NCBI GenBank assembly: GCA_963713975.1
Contig: OY970218.1
Location: forward strand, 1,824,001 to 1,888,000
Direction: 5' to 3'
From: an uncultured Chloroflexia bacterium
GTDB taxonomy: Bacteria; Chloroflexota; Limnocylindria; Limnocylindrales; CSP1-4
Length of the DNA: 64,000 nucleotides
Shown: one piece after another, positions 1 through 9,679 of the stretch
Layout of the letters: the number at the start of each line of letters is the position of its first letter
Position numbering within the stretch: the stretch's first letter is position 1
Notes under the pieces: model-generated
Seen by the model: the letters and a program-made list of their open reading frames with translations, nothing else
Told to the model about the DNA's origin: nothing
Databases searched by the model: none
Position numbers and translations under genes: made by a program

Positions 1-633
1 CAGGTGTCCCGTCCGGTCGGCCTCGACGGTGGCCGAGTACTCGCGGCGGGAGTCCCACAGCCAGCCCAGCCCGGTGATCACGATGGCGAGGAACCCAAGG
101 ATCAGGGCGACGCCGCCGATGACCATGCCCGCGACCATGGCGAACATCGCGACGGAGACCAGCAGCGGCCGGAACGACGGCGGCGGGATGTGGACGCCCG
201 CAGGCGGCGTGCCCATCGGCGCCGGCAGGGCGCCGATCGCGACCTGCCCGCCTCCCGCGTCCGTGATGTGGTCGTAGTCGCGCAGCGCCTCGCGGCCCCA
301 GAAGAGCAGCGTGATCATCAGGATCAGCGCCCCGACGGCGAGCCAGATGCCACCCGCGACCATGCCGAACACCATGAAGAAGGCGCCGATGGCGCCCAGC
401 ACCGGCGCGAACGACGGCCCGGGCATGTGGATCCCGGACGGGGTCCTGGGAGCGATTCGTCCCTTGCCGCGTCGCTTGGGCCCGGCCGTGGCGAACCGGT
501 AGGCCAGCCACGCGATGTAGCCGAAGACGAGCAGGGCAAGGCCGATCGGGATGAGCAGGATCAGCGCACCCCAGTCGGGGACGACGAACGGTTCGGTCAG
601 CGCGATGAGACCCGACCAGAGCTCCTCGATCAT
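1..633 (-). CDS. Membrane protein of the oxidase operon, cytochrome c oxidase subunit 4-like, with a duplicated HxPxPSxxP + 2-TM module (partial, runs off window start)
   Basis: Manual translation from ATG at 633: MIEELWSGLIALTEPFVVPDWGALILL...GIHMPGPSFAPVLGAIG...GVHIPPPSFRPLLVSVAM...; absent from the ORF track; directly follows the cox genes. Confidence 0.7.
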   Translation of the reverse strand, partial: MIEELWSGLIALTEPFVVPDWGALILLIPIGLALLVFGYIAWLAYRFATAGPKRRGKGRIAPRTPSGIHMPGPSFAPVLGAIGAFFMVFGMVAGGIWLAVGALILMITLLFWGREALRDYDHITDAGGGQVAIGALPAPMGTPPAGVHIPPPSFRPLLVSVAMFAMVAGMVIGGVALILGFLAIVITGLGWLWDSRREYSATVEADRTGHL

Positions 634-643
634 CGTGGCTGCA

Positions 644-844
644 TCAGCTCTGCTGCTTGAGACCCACGACCAGGACGTAGGCCATCAGCGCCGTGGCACC
701 CCCGAGGGCGAGGAGCAGGGTGACCCCCGTCAGGTCCACGAGATACGGGTCCACGAGCTGTGTGAACGCCCAGTAGAAGACCGCGATCACCACGAAGATG
801 ATGCCGATCAGGGCGGCGCGCCGGGGCTTCATCGGGAGGCTCAT
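644..844 (-). CDS. Small 2-TM protein resembling the N-terminal half of actinobacterial-type oxidase subunit IV (CtaF)
   Basis: 66 aa, two hydrophobic helices (IGIIFVVIAVFYW; TGVTLLLALGGATALMAYV); lies between ctaE and the next membrane gene. Confidence 0.6.
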   Translation of the reverse strand: MSLPMKPRRAALIGIIFVVIAVFYWAFTQLVDPYLVDLTGVTLLLALGGATALMAYVLVVGLKQQS

Positions 845-850
845 CTCGCG

Positions 851-1528
851 CTACAGCAGGTAGAGGATCGAGAACAACAGGATCCAGACGACGTCCACGA
901 AGTGCCAGTAGAGCGACGTCGCCTCGACCATGTCGTGGTGGCGGGCAGAGAACTGGCCTGCCATGCCCCGGTATACCACCACCCCCAGCATCAGCACACC
1001 CCCGAAGACGTGCGCCCCGTGGAAGCCCGTCAGGGTGAAGTAGGTCGTGCCGAAGGTCGTGGCCCCCATCGTGAGGCCCTCGTGCATCAGGACGCTGTAG
1101 TCGAAGGCCTGGAGCAGGAGGAAGATGACGCCCAGGACGAATGTCACGATGAACGCGCGGGTGAACCCCGTCCGGTCGTCCCTGCGGATCGCCCACACGC
1201 CCATCTGGCAGGTGACCGAGGACAGGACCAGGATGATCGTGGCCGGCAGGATCAGGTTGAGGCTGCCGGACTCGGTGGTGAGCTGGAAGGGATTGAGCAG
1301 GCCCTCGTAGGCCGACGGCGGCCACACGTGCGCCGCCACGCCGTTGACGACCTCCGTGTAGCCGGCCCGGATGCTGAAGTACGCGGCGAACAGGCCCGCG
1401 AAGAACATCACCTCGCTGGCAATGAACAGCAGCATTCCCAGGACGGGGTTGCCCATCCCGCCGCCATGCGTGTCGACGGCGTGGTGCTCTGCGGTGGCCG
1501 CGGTCAGGGTCGTGGCGTCGGAAGTCAT
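851..1528 (-). CDS. ctaE: Cytochrome c oxidase subunit III
   Basis: FIASEVMFFAGLF, TGFHGAHV, YWHFVDVVW motifs. Confidence 0.95.
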   Translation of the reverse strand: MTSDATTLTAATAEHHAVDTHGGGMGNPVLGMLLFIASEVMFFAGLFAAYFSIRAGYTEVVNGVAAHVWPPSAYEGLLNPFQLTTESGSLNLILPATIILVLSSVTCQMGVWAIRRDDRTGFTRAFIVTFVLGVIFLLLQAFDYSVLMHEGLTMGATTFGTTYFTLTGFHGAHVFGGVLMLGVVVYRGMAGQFSARHHDMVEATSLYWHFVDVVWILLFSILYLL

Positions 1529-1538
1529 CGTCGTCCCC

Positions 1539-3161
1539 TCAGTGCGCGGCCGTCCGGCCGTACCGGGCGTCGAAGACCGGGCGCTCCGAGCGGATCTCGG
1601 GCAGGTGGTCGAAGTTGTAGGCGGGCGGCGGCGAGGATGTCGCCCACTCGAGCGTGTTGGCCTCCCACGGATCGGGGCCGGCGACCTTGCCGTTACGCAG
1701 CGAGATCAGCACGTTCCAGAAGAACGGCAGCATGGAGAACGCGATGACGAAGCCGCCGATCGTGGCGGCCAGATTGAGCTCGCTCCAGCCGGCCGTGCTG
1801 GCGTAGTCGGCGATGCGGCGCGGCATGCCTGCCAGGCCCAGCTGGTGCATCGGGAAGAAGGTGAGGTTGAACCCGATGAACATGAGCACGAACTGGAGCT
1901 TGCCGAGGCCCTCGTTGAGCATCCGGCCGGTCATCTTGGGGAACCAGTAGTAGATGCCAGCGAAGACCCCGAACACGGAGCCGCCGAACAGGACGTAGTG
2001 GAGATGCGCGACCACCCAGTAGGTGTCGTGGAGCGCGAAGTCCACCGGGACCGCCGCGGAGAACGCGCCGTTGAGGCCGCCGATCAGGAACAGCGTCAGG
2101 AAGCCCACCGCGTACAGCATCGGCGTAGCGAACGTCAGCTGGCCGCGCCACATCGTGGCGATCCAGTTGAACATCTTGACGCCCGTCGGCACCGCGATCA
2201 GGAACGTCATCAGGCTGAAGAACGGCAGGAACACCGCGCCGGTCGTGAACATGTGGTGGGCCCAGACGGAGAACCCGAGGGCGCCGATCGCCGCCGTCGC
2301 GAACACGAATGCCTTGTAGCCGAACAGAGGCTTGCGCGAGAAGACCGGCAGGATCTCGCTGATGATCCCCATCGCCGGCAGGATCATGATGTAGACCGCG
2401 GGATGCGAGTAGAACCAGAACACGTTCTGGTAGAGCACCGCGCTGCCGCCGTTGGCCGGGTCGAAGAAGTGCCCGCCGTAGTTGCGGTCGATGAACAGCA
2501 TGATCAGGGCACTGGTGAGGACCGGGGTCGCCATGAGGATGAGCACGCTCGTGACCAGCACGGTCCAGACCAGAATCGGCATCCGGAACAGCGTCATGCC
2601 CGGGGCGCGCATCTTGAAGATCGTGACCAGGAAGTTCACGGCGCCCAGGATGGAGCTCGTCCCGATGAGGGTCAGGCCCATGATCCAAAGGTCCGTGCCG
2701 GTGCCCGCGTATTGGGCGCCCGAGAGTGGTGGGTACTCCGTCCAGCCCGCGGCCGCCGCGCCACCCGAGGTCAGGAAGCCCGAGGCCATGAGGAGACCGC
2801 CGAGCGGCAGCAGCCAGAACGACAGGGCGTTGATCCGGGGGAACGCCATGTCCGGTGCCCCGATCTGGAGCGGCACGACGTAGTTCCCGAAGCCCGCAAG
2901 GATCGGGATGATGAACAGGAACAGCATGAACGAGGCGTGCATCGTGAACGCCTGGTTGTAGAACGCCTCGTCCACGGCCTGGAGCCCCGGCTGGGCGAGC
3001 TCCACGCGGACGAGGAGGGCGAGGAGGCCGCCGGCCACGAAGAACAGCATCGAGTTGATCAGGTACAGGATCCCGATCTTCTTGTGGTCCGTGGTCGTGA
3101 GCCACTCGTAGAGTCCGCTCCGGGCGGCGGGAGCGGCGGGGTTCAGGGTCGTTGTGGCCAT
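1539..3161 (-). CDS. ctaD: Cytochrome c oxidase subunit I (type A2, YSHPxVY)
   Basis: [33 protein letters not shown] motifs; start MATTTLNP after GGGAG RBS. Confidence 0.97.
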   Translation of the reverse strand: MATTTLNPAAPAARSGLYEWLTTTDHKKIGILYLINSMLFFVAGGLLALLVRVELAQPGLQAVDEAFYNQAFTMHASFMLFLFIIPILAGFGNYVVPLQIGAPDMAFPRINALSFWLLPLGGLLMASGFLTSGGAAAAGWTEYPPLSGAQYAGTGTDLWIMGLTLIGTSSILGAVNFLVTIFKMRAPGMTLFRMPILVWTVLVTSVLILMATPVLTSALIMLFIDRNYGGHFFDPANGGSAVLYQNVFWFYSHPAVYIMILPAMGIISEILPVFSRKPLFGYKAFVFATAAIGALGFSVWAHHMFTTGAVFLPFFSLMTFLIAVPTGVKMFNWIATMWRGQLTFATPMLYAVGFLTLFLIGGLNGAFSAAVPVDFALHDTYWVVAHLHYVLFGGSVFGVFAGIYYWFPKMTGRMLNEGLGKLQFVLMFIGFNLTFFPMHQLGLAGMPRRIADYASTAGWSELNLAATIGGFVIAFSMLPFFWNVLISLRNGKVAGPDPWEANTLEWATSSPPPAYNFDHLPEIRSERPVFDARYGRTAAH

Positions 3162-3172
3162 CCCGTGCTCCC

Positions 3173-4291
3173 TTACTGGACCGTCAGGGTGCCGGTCATG
3201 TTCGGATGGACCGTGCACACGAACGGGTAGGTGCCAGCCGCGAGGGCCGACACGCTGTAGTTGATCTCGGACACGCCGGTGATGATCTCGCCGGTGTAGA
3301 GCGGTGCACCCGACGCGTCCTTGATCTCCACGTTGTGGGGCACGCCGTCGTCATCGTTCTTGAAATGGATCACGAACGGCTGGTCGGCCGGTGCCTGGAG
3401 GGTGTCCGTCGAGAACTCGATGTTCAGGGCGCTGAGCTCGGCGACGGGACCCGCGGCCTCGCCGGATGGCAGGGGCGCCGGTGTGGCGTTCGCCTTGGCG
3501 ATCTTCGCGGCCATCCACGCATCGAAGTCCGCCTTCGGCCTGGCGTTGACCTCGAAGATCATCGAGCCGTGGAACGGGCCGCACAGCTCGGCGCACTGGC
3601 CGCGGTAGGTGCCGGGCTCCTCCACGGTGAAGTCGAAGGTGTTCTCCTTGCCCGGGATGACGTCCCGCTTGAACAGGAACTTGGGGACGTAGAAGGCGTG
3701 GATCACGTCGGGGCTGCGAAGCGAGATGTGGACGGGCTCCCCAACCGGTAGCACCAGCCCGCCGTCCTCGCCCACGGGCAGTGCCTGCGTGAACAGCACC
3801 TCCCCGTTGGCGTCGAGGTAGTCGAACTGCCATTGGAAGCGTGCCGCGACGGCCCGCACGTGCACGTCGCTCCTGGTCACAGCGTCGACGGTGTTGAGGG
3901 TCTGCCAGGACATGAAGAACAGGACCAGGACGATCACGGTGGGGATCGCCGTCCAGATGACCTCGACCAGGTTGTTGCCGTGGGTCTGCGGCGGCAGGGT
4001 GTCGTCCCCGGGCTTCCGGCGGAAGCGGAAGACCGAGTACACGATGAGCCCCTCGACCAGGACGAAGATGGCGACCGCGATGTAGAAGACGATGTTGTAC
4101 AGCTCTCGCGTGGCAACACCGCGGTCCGTGACGGGTGTGGAGCCGTCCACGGGGAAGAAGCTGTCCCACGCCTGCTGGGGCGTGACGCCCGCGGTCATGA
4201 GCACAGCGATCGTGATCGCGATGACCACGACGATGATCAGTCCGGCGACGATAGGGCCTGACCCCGTCCTGGACCGGGAGGGCATCGACAT
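3173..4291 (-). CDS. ctaC: Cytochrome c oxidase subunit II with extra C-terminal cupredoxin domain
   Basis: DVIHAF and CuA motif [12 protein letters not shown]; extra domain with HNV...CTVHPNM. Confidence 0.95.
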   Translation of the reverse strand: MSMPSRSRTGSGPIVAGLIIVVVIAITIAVLMTAGVTPQQAWDSFFPVDGSTPVTDRGVATRELYNIVFYIAVAIFVLVEGLIVYSVFRFRRKPGDDTLPPQTHGNNLVEVIWTAIPTVIVLVLFFMSWQTLNTVDAVTRSDVHVRAVAARFQWQFDYLDANGEVLFTQALPVGEDGGLVLPVGEPVHISLRSPDVIHAFYVPKFLFKRDVIPGKENTFDFTVEEPGTYRGQCAELCGPFHGSMIFEVNARPKADFDAWMAAKIAKANATPAPLPSGEAAGPVAELSALNIEFSTDTLQAPADQPFVIHFKNDDDGVPHNVEIKDASGAPLYTGEIITGVSEINYSVSALAAGTYPFVCTVHPNMTGTLTVQ

Positions 4292-4499
4292 CGGGTTCCT
4301 CGAGCGGTGTCGGCCGGGCCATGGACGAGCCCGGATAAGGAAGGTTCCGGTTGTCCGGGGACGCGCGCCTCCAGGGGCCGGGGGCGCCGGACGCGCGCAT
4401 CATACCCGAAGGTCCCGACAGCGGGGGGCCATTTGCCAGCCCTACCCCTGCCAGACGTCACATCGTCGCATCTGGTGCGATTCGGGCGAGAATGCGCAC

Positions 4500-5588
4500 G
4501 TGACCCCCGAACCCTCGCGACCCCTCGCGCGACCCCGGTGCGCGACGCTGCTGGCCGCCCCGCCGATCCTCGCGGGCACGCTCGCCCTCGCGGGCACGCT
4601 CGCCTTCGCTCCCGGTGCGCTGGCACACGGCGGCTCGACGCCCGACGTGCCGCCGGACGCGCTGAACCTCGCCCTGGAATGGTCCGGCGATCCGCTGGTC
4701 TGGCTGCCCGCGATCGTGGCCCTGCTGCTGTGGCGGGCCGGCGTGCGCAAGGTCAATCGCGAGCACCCGGCCAACCCCGTGGCCGGGAAGCGGACGTGGG
4801 GATGGGTCCTCGGCGTGCTGGCCGTCCTGGTGGCGCTGGATTCCGGGATCGAGCGCTATGACACGACGCTGTTCTGGATCCACATGGTCCAGCACATGCT
4901 GCTGACCCTGGTGGCGCCGGTCCTGCTCCTGTACGCGGGACCGATCACGCTCCTGCTCCGGGCCTCCGCGCCCGCGACGCGCAACCGCTGGATCTTCCCG
5001 TTGCTCCACTCGAGGGTGGTCCGGTTCCTCTCCTTCCCAGTCGTGTCCTGGCTGGTGTTCGCCATGGTGATGTGGGGGGCCCACTTCTCGCCCCTGTTCG
5101 ACGTCTCGCTCGAGAACGAGCTCGTGCACCGGCTCGAGCACGCCCTGTTCCTCTCGGCGGCGCTGCTGTTCTGGTGGCCGATCGTCGGCCCGGACCCCTC
5201 GCCGTGGCGGATGCGACCCGCGGCCAAGGTGCTCTACGTGGGCCTGCAGATGCCGCAGAACACGTTCCTCGCCCTCGCGATCTACATGTCCACGATCCCG
5301 CTCTACAACCACTACGTGACGACGATCCGCGCGTGGGGGCCAACGCCGCTCGAGGACCAGCAGATCGCCGGAGGGGTCATGTGGTTGGGCGGGGACTTCG
5401 TGTTCATCGGCGCCGTGATCCTGCTGATGCTGGTCTGGGCGCGGGATGAGGAGCGGCGATCGGTGGGCGAGGACCGGCGGCTCGAGGGAGCGCGCGCCGC
5501 CATCCGGGAGCGTGAGGCGCGCCTGGCGGAGCGACGTGCCGCGGAGGCGGCCGCGGCGTCAGGGGACGGCGGGCCCGGCGTCCCCTGA
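4500..5588 (+). CDS. ctaG: Cytochrome c oxidase assembly factor, caa3 CtaG family
   Basis: HMVQHMLL, WGAH.P, EHALFL..ALLFWWP, EDQQIAGGVMW motifs; divergent from ctaC; GTG start at 4500 is inferred. Confidence 0.85.
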   Translation: MTPEPSRPLARPRCATLLAAPPILAGTLALAGTLAFAPGALAHGGSTPDVPPDALNLALEWSGDPLVWLPAIVALLLWRAGVRKVNREHPANPVAGKRTWGWVLGVLAVLVALDSGIERYDTTLFWIHMVQHMLLTLVAPVLLLYAGPITLLLRASAPATRNRWIFPLLHSRVVRFLSFPVVSWLVFAMVMWGAHFSPLFDVSLENELVHRLEHALFLSAALLFWWPIVGPDPSPWRMRPAAKVLYVGLQMPQNTFLALAIYMSTIPLYNHYVTTIRAWGPTPLEDQQIAGGVMWLGGDFVFIGAVILLMLVWARDEERRSVGEDRRLEGARAAIREREARLAERRAAEAAAASGDGGPGVP

Positions 5589-5601
5589 CGACCCGTCAGG
5601 T

Positions 5602-6609
5602 CTAGCCCTCGGGCGGGACGGGTGCCTCGAGATAGGCCAGGTAGCGGTCCGGGTCCACGTTCCCACCCGAGACCACGCCCACGATCGGCCCATCCAGTTG
5701 GTCCAGGCCCGCCTCCGCGGCGTGGAACCGCATGGCCGCCACCACCAGGGCTCCCGACGGCTCGACCACCAGGCGCGCCTCTTCGGCCGCGAGGCGCACG
5801 GCGGCCGCGATCTCCGCCTCGGACACGGTGACTACGGCGTCCAGCTGTGTCGAGAGGTGGGCGAAGTTCAGGAGCCCGATGGACTGGGTGCGCGTCCCGT
5901 CCGCGATCGTCCTGCTCACCTCCTCGGCCGGCCAGGCGACGATCCGCCCTGCCGCGAGCGAGTCCCGGGCGTCGGCGGCCAGCTCCGGCTCCACCCCGAT
6001 GACGCGGGTGCCGGGCAGCAGCCCCTTGATAGCGGCCGCGACCCCGCTCGCAAGTCCTCCGCCGCCGATAGGAACCAGCACGGCGGCCACGTCCGGCATG
6101 TCCTCGGCGATCTCGAGGCCCGCCGTGCCCTGGCCGGCGACGATGCGCGGGTCGTCGTACGGCGGGATCATCGCCAGGCCACGGGCAGTGGCAAGCTCCT
6201 CGGCGACGCGCTGGCGCTCCTCGGACGCCGTGCCCACGACCACGACCTGGGCGCCGTCGGCCTGGACCCGCGCGCTCTTGAGCGCCGGTGCATCGGACGG
6301 CATCACGATCACCGCCGGTACCCCGAACAGGAGGGCCGCTCGCGCAACGCCCTGGGCGTGGTTTCCGGAGGAGTACGTGATCAGTCCGCGCGCCCGCTCG
6401 TCGGGTGTCAGCGATGCAGCGGCGACATAGGCCCCGCGCAGCTTGAATGCGCCGATGGGTTGCAGGGACTCTGCCTTGAGCCACTGTCGCCGCTCTGGCC
6501 GTCCGAACGGGACCAGCGGAGTGCGAACGGTGACCCTGCGCAGGATTGCGGCAGCCGCGCGGATCTCGGACAGTCCGACGAGGGCCGGCAGGGGACGCGG
6601 CTCGGTCAT
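5602..6609 (-). CDS. PLP-dependent threonine/serine dehydratase (short, no regulatory domain)
   Basis: KAESLQPIGAFKLRGA, SSGNHAQG, PIGGGGL, EPSGA, SGGNVD. Confidence 0.9.
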   Translation of the reverse strand: MTEPRPLPALVGLSEIRAAAAILRRVTVRTPLVPFGRPERRQWLKAESLQPIGAFKLRGAYVAAASLTPDERARGLITYSSGNHAQGVARAALLFGVPAVIVMPSDAPALKSARVQADGAQVVVVGTASEERQRVAEELATARGLAMIPPYDDPRIVAGQGTAGLEIAEDMPDVAAVLVPIGGGGLASGVAAAIKGLLPGTRVIGVEPELAADARDSLAAGRIVAWPAEEVSRTIADGTRTQSIGLLNFAHLSTQLDAVVTVSEAEIAAAVRLAAEEARLVVEPSGALVVAAMRFHAAEAGLDQLDGPIVGVVSGGNVDPDRYLAYLEAPVPPEG

Positions 6610-6950
6610 CGGCGCCGGGCGGCCCGCGAGCAATCGATGCACAGCGCGGTCCACGGCAGGGCGTCCAGACGTTCCTGCGGGATAGGCTGCCGACACGACG
6701 TGCAGAAGCCGTAGGACCCGGCGTCGAGCCGCTCGAGGGCGGCGTCGATGGCGGCCAGGTGCTGGCGGTTGTGATCGAGGAGCGCCAGGTCCCGCTGCTG
6801 CTCGAAGACGTGCGTCGCGGCGGCGGCCTGGGAGCCGTAGGTCATCTGACCCGGAGCCTCGACCGTGTTGTCGGCAACCTCCTCGAGCACGCGGGCTCGC
6901 TCGGCAAGCAGGGCGTCACGCGGGTCGGTGGGGGTCGGCAGCGCATCCAT
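6606..6950 (-). CDS. TraR/DksA C4-type zinc-finger protein
   Basis: YGFCTSCRQPIPQERLDALPWTALCIDC. Confidence 0.9.
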   Translation of the reverse strand: MDALPTPTDPRDALLAERARVLEEVADNTVEAPGQMTYGSQAAAATHVFEQQRDLALLDHNRQHLAAIDAALERLDAGSYGFCTSCRQPIPQERLDALPWTALCIDCSRAARRR

Positions 6951-7068
6951 GTCCGGCGATGCTACTCCTGTGCGACGTCGCCGCGGGAAGGGCCGTTCGG
7001 CCGATCCGTCGTACCTGCGCTAGCCTCGGGGCCGACCACCCAACCCCCAAGCTGGCGAGGAGCACCAG

Positions 7069-7242
7069 ATGGCGATCGCGAAGGACCCGGTCTGCGGCAT
7101 GGATGTCGACACGGAGACGTCGAAGCTGTCGCTGGAGCACGAGGGCGAGACGTACTGGTTCTGTGGCAAGGGATGCCTGCTCGAGTTCAAGGACGACCCC
7201 GACACGTACCTCGACCCCGCCTACGAACCCCAGGGGATGTGA
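7069..7242 (+). CDS. YHS domain protein (57 aa)
   Basis: MAIAKDPVCGMDVD...YWFCGKGCLLEFKDDPDTYL; GAGGAG RBS; below the ORF-track cutoff. Confidence 0.9.
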   Translation: MAIAKDPVCGMDVDTETSKLSLEHEGETYWFCGKGCLLEFKDDPDTYLDPAYEPQGM

Positions 7243-7269
7243 CCGCGGCTGATATAGCCTGGGCGCGCG

Positions 7270-7406
7270 AGCGTGGCATCGGTTCGATCCCCACAGGTGT
7301 CGGGCCGCGCTCGGACCCGCCACGCTGATGCATCTATAGATCGGATCGGCATTCGGCGAGCGTGGCAGGGACCGCCAAGGGGCACTTCGGGGCACTTCGC
7401 CACGCT
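7270..7406. repeat. Two REP-like inverted-repeat pairs AGCGTGGC...GCCACGCT
   Basis: AGCGTGGC at 7270 and 7359; GCCACGCT at 7319 and 7399. Confidence 0.55.
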
Positions 7407-7544
7407 GTATGGGTCTGGTTTCGATCCTCAGGTGACTCGCGGGCAGCATTGAGCGGCCCGATGGCGGCTCGGGTCCGCCAATGCCGCCGCCCGTTCCGTG
7501 GTTCGGGATACGAGGGGGCGCTGACACCCGGCGGAGCGTGCGGG

Positions 7545-7973
7545 TCAGCGACCATCGACGGGGCGCCGACCTGCCACGGCGGGCAGGGCCAGCGCAAAGG
7601 TGGCGATCACCAGCACCGTCATCACCATCGGCAGCGTGTAGAGGATCGTCCTCACGTCAAATTCCGTGCCGCCCGTCGTCGGAAGGCCGAAGGTGAGAAC
7701 GAAGGCCCAGAAGCCTCCGACGAGCAGGGCCGGCGGCAGCGCGAGGAGGCGCCACCACCCGATCGGCTCGATGGCGTCGAGCAGGAGGCCAAAGCACGCC
7801 GCGCCCGCCAGACCAACAACGATCAAGGTCATCCCGATTCCGATCCAGGGTTGGGGCGCAAGATCCCAATCCCCGACAGCCAATGCGGATCCCGCGGCCA
7901 TCAGCAACCCGAGGCCAGTGGCCACGCCCGAGATCGCCAGCCCGGCCCATCCGATCCGACCCACCTGACGCAT
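7545..7973 (-). CDS. Hypothetical 4-TM membrane protein
   Basis: MRQVGRIGWAGLAISG...; four hydrophobic segments; AGGGAG RBS before ATG 7973. Confidence 0.6.
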   Translation of the reverse strand: MRQVGRIGWAGLAISGVATGLGLLMAAGSALAVGDWDLAPQPWIGIGMTLIVVGLAGAACFGLLLDAIEPIGWWRLLALPPALLVGGFWAFVLTFGLPTTGGTEFDVRTILYTLPMVMTVLVIATFALALPAVAGRRPVDGR

Positions 7974-8284
7974 CGACGTCTCCCTGTCTGCCATCGACCT
8001 CTTCGAGCGCTGGCGGTCGGACGCTCGATGTCCCTCGCTGGGTGCGATCAACAGTGTGGGGCAACGCCGCGTCAAGACCCACGATCGCGGCATGCCCGAC
8101 GCCACGAGGGATTCGCGCGGGCGACTGGCACGCCTCGCCTCACCTTGCTGCCGAACTGGCAATGAGATAAGTCGCGCGTAAGTGGCGTGCGCGAGACTCC
8201 GTCTCCCAGTCTTCGGCCGAGGGCACCCGGCAGGGTCGACGGCGATGGGATCGGAGTGCCCGCCCGGCGGGCCAGGAGGATCAG

Positions 8285-8386
8285 GTGCTCTCGCGTGCCC
8301 GGCGTGCCCTCGGGGTCGCCATCACCGTCACGGGCCCGACGCTGGCCGCATTCGCCCTTCTGGTCGTCGGAGCCAAGCGATGGTGA
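8285..8386 (+). CDS. Small hydrophobic peptide MLSRARRALGVAITVTGPTLAAFALLVVGAKRW (33 aa)
   Basis: AGGAGG RBS just before GTG; C-terminus closely matches the peptide at 14253-14348. Confidence 0.75.
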   Translation: MLSRARRALGVAITVTGPTLAAFALLVVGAKRW

Positions 8387-8543
8387 CGCCGGAGACGGCA
8401 GGCCCGTGCCCTCACGGCCGCCGCTGGTAGGAACGATCGGCGCAGACCCGGTGCGCCGCAGATCGAACCGAACGGGGATGCAGGCCCGCCCGGGATCGCA
8501 CTGATCGGGGCCCGATTCGGGCATCCTCCCGCATCATTGGCGC

Positions 8544-9113
8544 ATGCAGTGCAGGTCACGCTCGTCCTGGACGTCCCGCCTCCTGGTTGCCGTGTTCGCG
8601 GTGGCCGTGGCGTCCTGTGCGGAATCCGCGCCCGTCGCCACGCCGCCGATCGCCCCGGGCACGAGCGGCGCCCCGCGTGAGGTCAACATCGTGGCCCGCG
8701 ATTACACCTACGTTCCGCAGGCGGTCGACCTCGTGCCGGGCGAGACCGTGCTCCTGCATGTGATCAACGGCGGCCTCGCGATCCACGAGGCCGTGCTCGG
8801 CAGCATGGACGACCAGCTGGCGTGGGAGACGGCAGAGGCGGCGACCGCCGGCCATCCGCCCGGCGCGACACCGTTGGTGTCGGACCCCGAGGGCTTCGAC
8901 GGCGTCCGGATCGTTGTCGGGTCGGGCCAGCGGCTGGACGTGACCTGGACCGTGCCCGCGGACGCGGCGACGGCACCCGGCGGCTGGTTCGTGGGCTGCC
9001 ACATTCCCGGCCACTGGGCCAAGGGCATGGTCGTGCCGGTTCAATTCGTGGACGATGCCGGCGCGCCGCTCGCGGCCAACCGGCCCCTGCCGACGGGCTC
9101 ACCGGGCGGCTGA
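8544..9113 (+). CDS. Cupredoxin (type-1 copper) lipoprotein
   Basis: Lipobox VASC; IHE and GCHIPGHWAKGM ligand motif. Confidence 0.85.
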   Translation: MQCRSRSSWTSRLLVAVFAVAVASCAESAPVATPPIAPGTSGAPREVNIVARDYTYVPQAVDLVPGETVLLHVINGGLAIHEAVLGSMDDQLAWETAEAATAGHPPGATPLVSDPEGFDGVRIVVGSGQRLDVTWTVPADAATAPGGWFVGCHIPGHWAKGMVVPVQFVDDAGAPLAANRPLPTGSPGG

Positions 9114-9248
9114 CACCGGCCGGTGGTCACGCGGCGTCCGTGACGCACGCCCGCGTCGGGCTCGGGACGCCCGGTGGTAGGCTAGCCAGCGGTGCGTGGA
9201 TTGCTGCGCGCCCTCGCCGCGGACCAGATATCAGGAGACCCCAATACC

Positions 9249-9536
9249 GTGACGTACGTCATCGCCGAGCCTTGTGTCGACGTCATGGACACCGCATGCG
9301 TGTCCGTGTGCCCGGTGGATTGCATCCACTATGACGAAGGCGTCGATCGCAAGCTGTTCATCGACCCCAACGAGTGCATCGACTGCGGTGCCTGCGAGCC
9401 CGAGTGCCCGGTCAACGCCATCTTCCCGGAGGAGAGCCTGCCCCCGGAGTGGGCCGGCTACACCCCGATCGAGGCACTGTGGTTCACGGACAAGGCCGCG
9501 GCCCGGGTCGCGCTCGACGAGCTCAAGCCTGCCTGA
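9249..9536 (+). CDS. fdxA: Ferredoxin (7Fe/FdxA-type)
   Basis: MTYVIAEPCVDVMDTACVSVCPVDCI...CIDCGACEPECPV; AGGAG RBS. Confidence 0.92.
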   Translation: MTYVIAEPCVDVMDTACVSVCPVDCIHYDEGVDRKLFIDPNECIDCGACEPECPVNAIFPEESLPPEWAGYTPIEALWFTDKAAARVALDELKPA

Positions 9537-9596
9537 GGCCTCCGTACCCACCAGATCGCGGCACGGGCTGCGATCCAGGGGGACTCGATCGACGTC

Positions 9597-9626
9597 ACGG
9601 CCCCGCACTGTTGCGGGGCCGTTTCA
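9597..9626 (+). terminator. Hairpin terminator after the ferredoxin gene
   Basis: ACGGCCCCGCA-ctgt-TGCGGGGCCGT-TTC. Confidence 0.6.
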
Positions 9627-9679
9627 TGTCCGCGGATCCCCGAACGGACCGGGTGACCCGCGGCCCGTAGACTGGCCGG

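Noticed and set aside
4574-4605. GCGGGCACGCTCGCC direct repeat in ctaG
   Set aside because: Simple 18-bp in-frame duplication (AGTLAL/AGTLAF) in a signal-like region; no further significance evident
9537-9679. Cobalamin riboswitch before the BtuF-like gene
   Set aside because: No B12-box motifs recognised; the gap is explained by a terminator and a leaderless-type promoter
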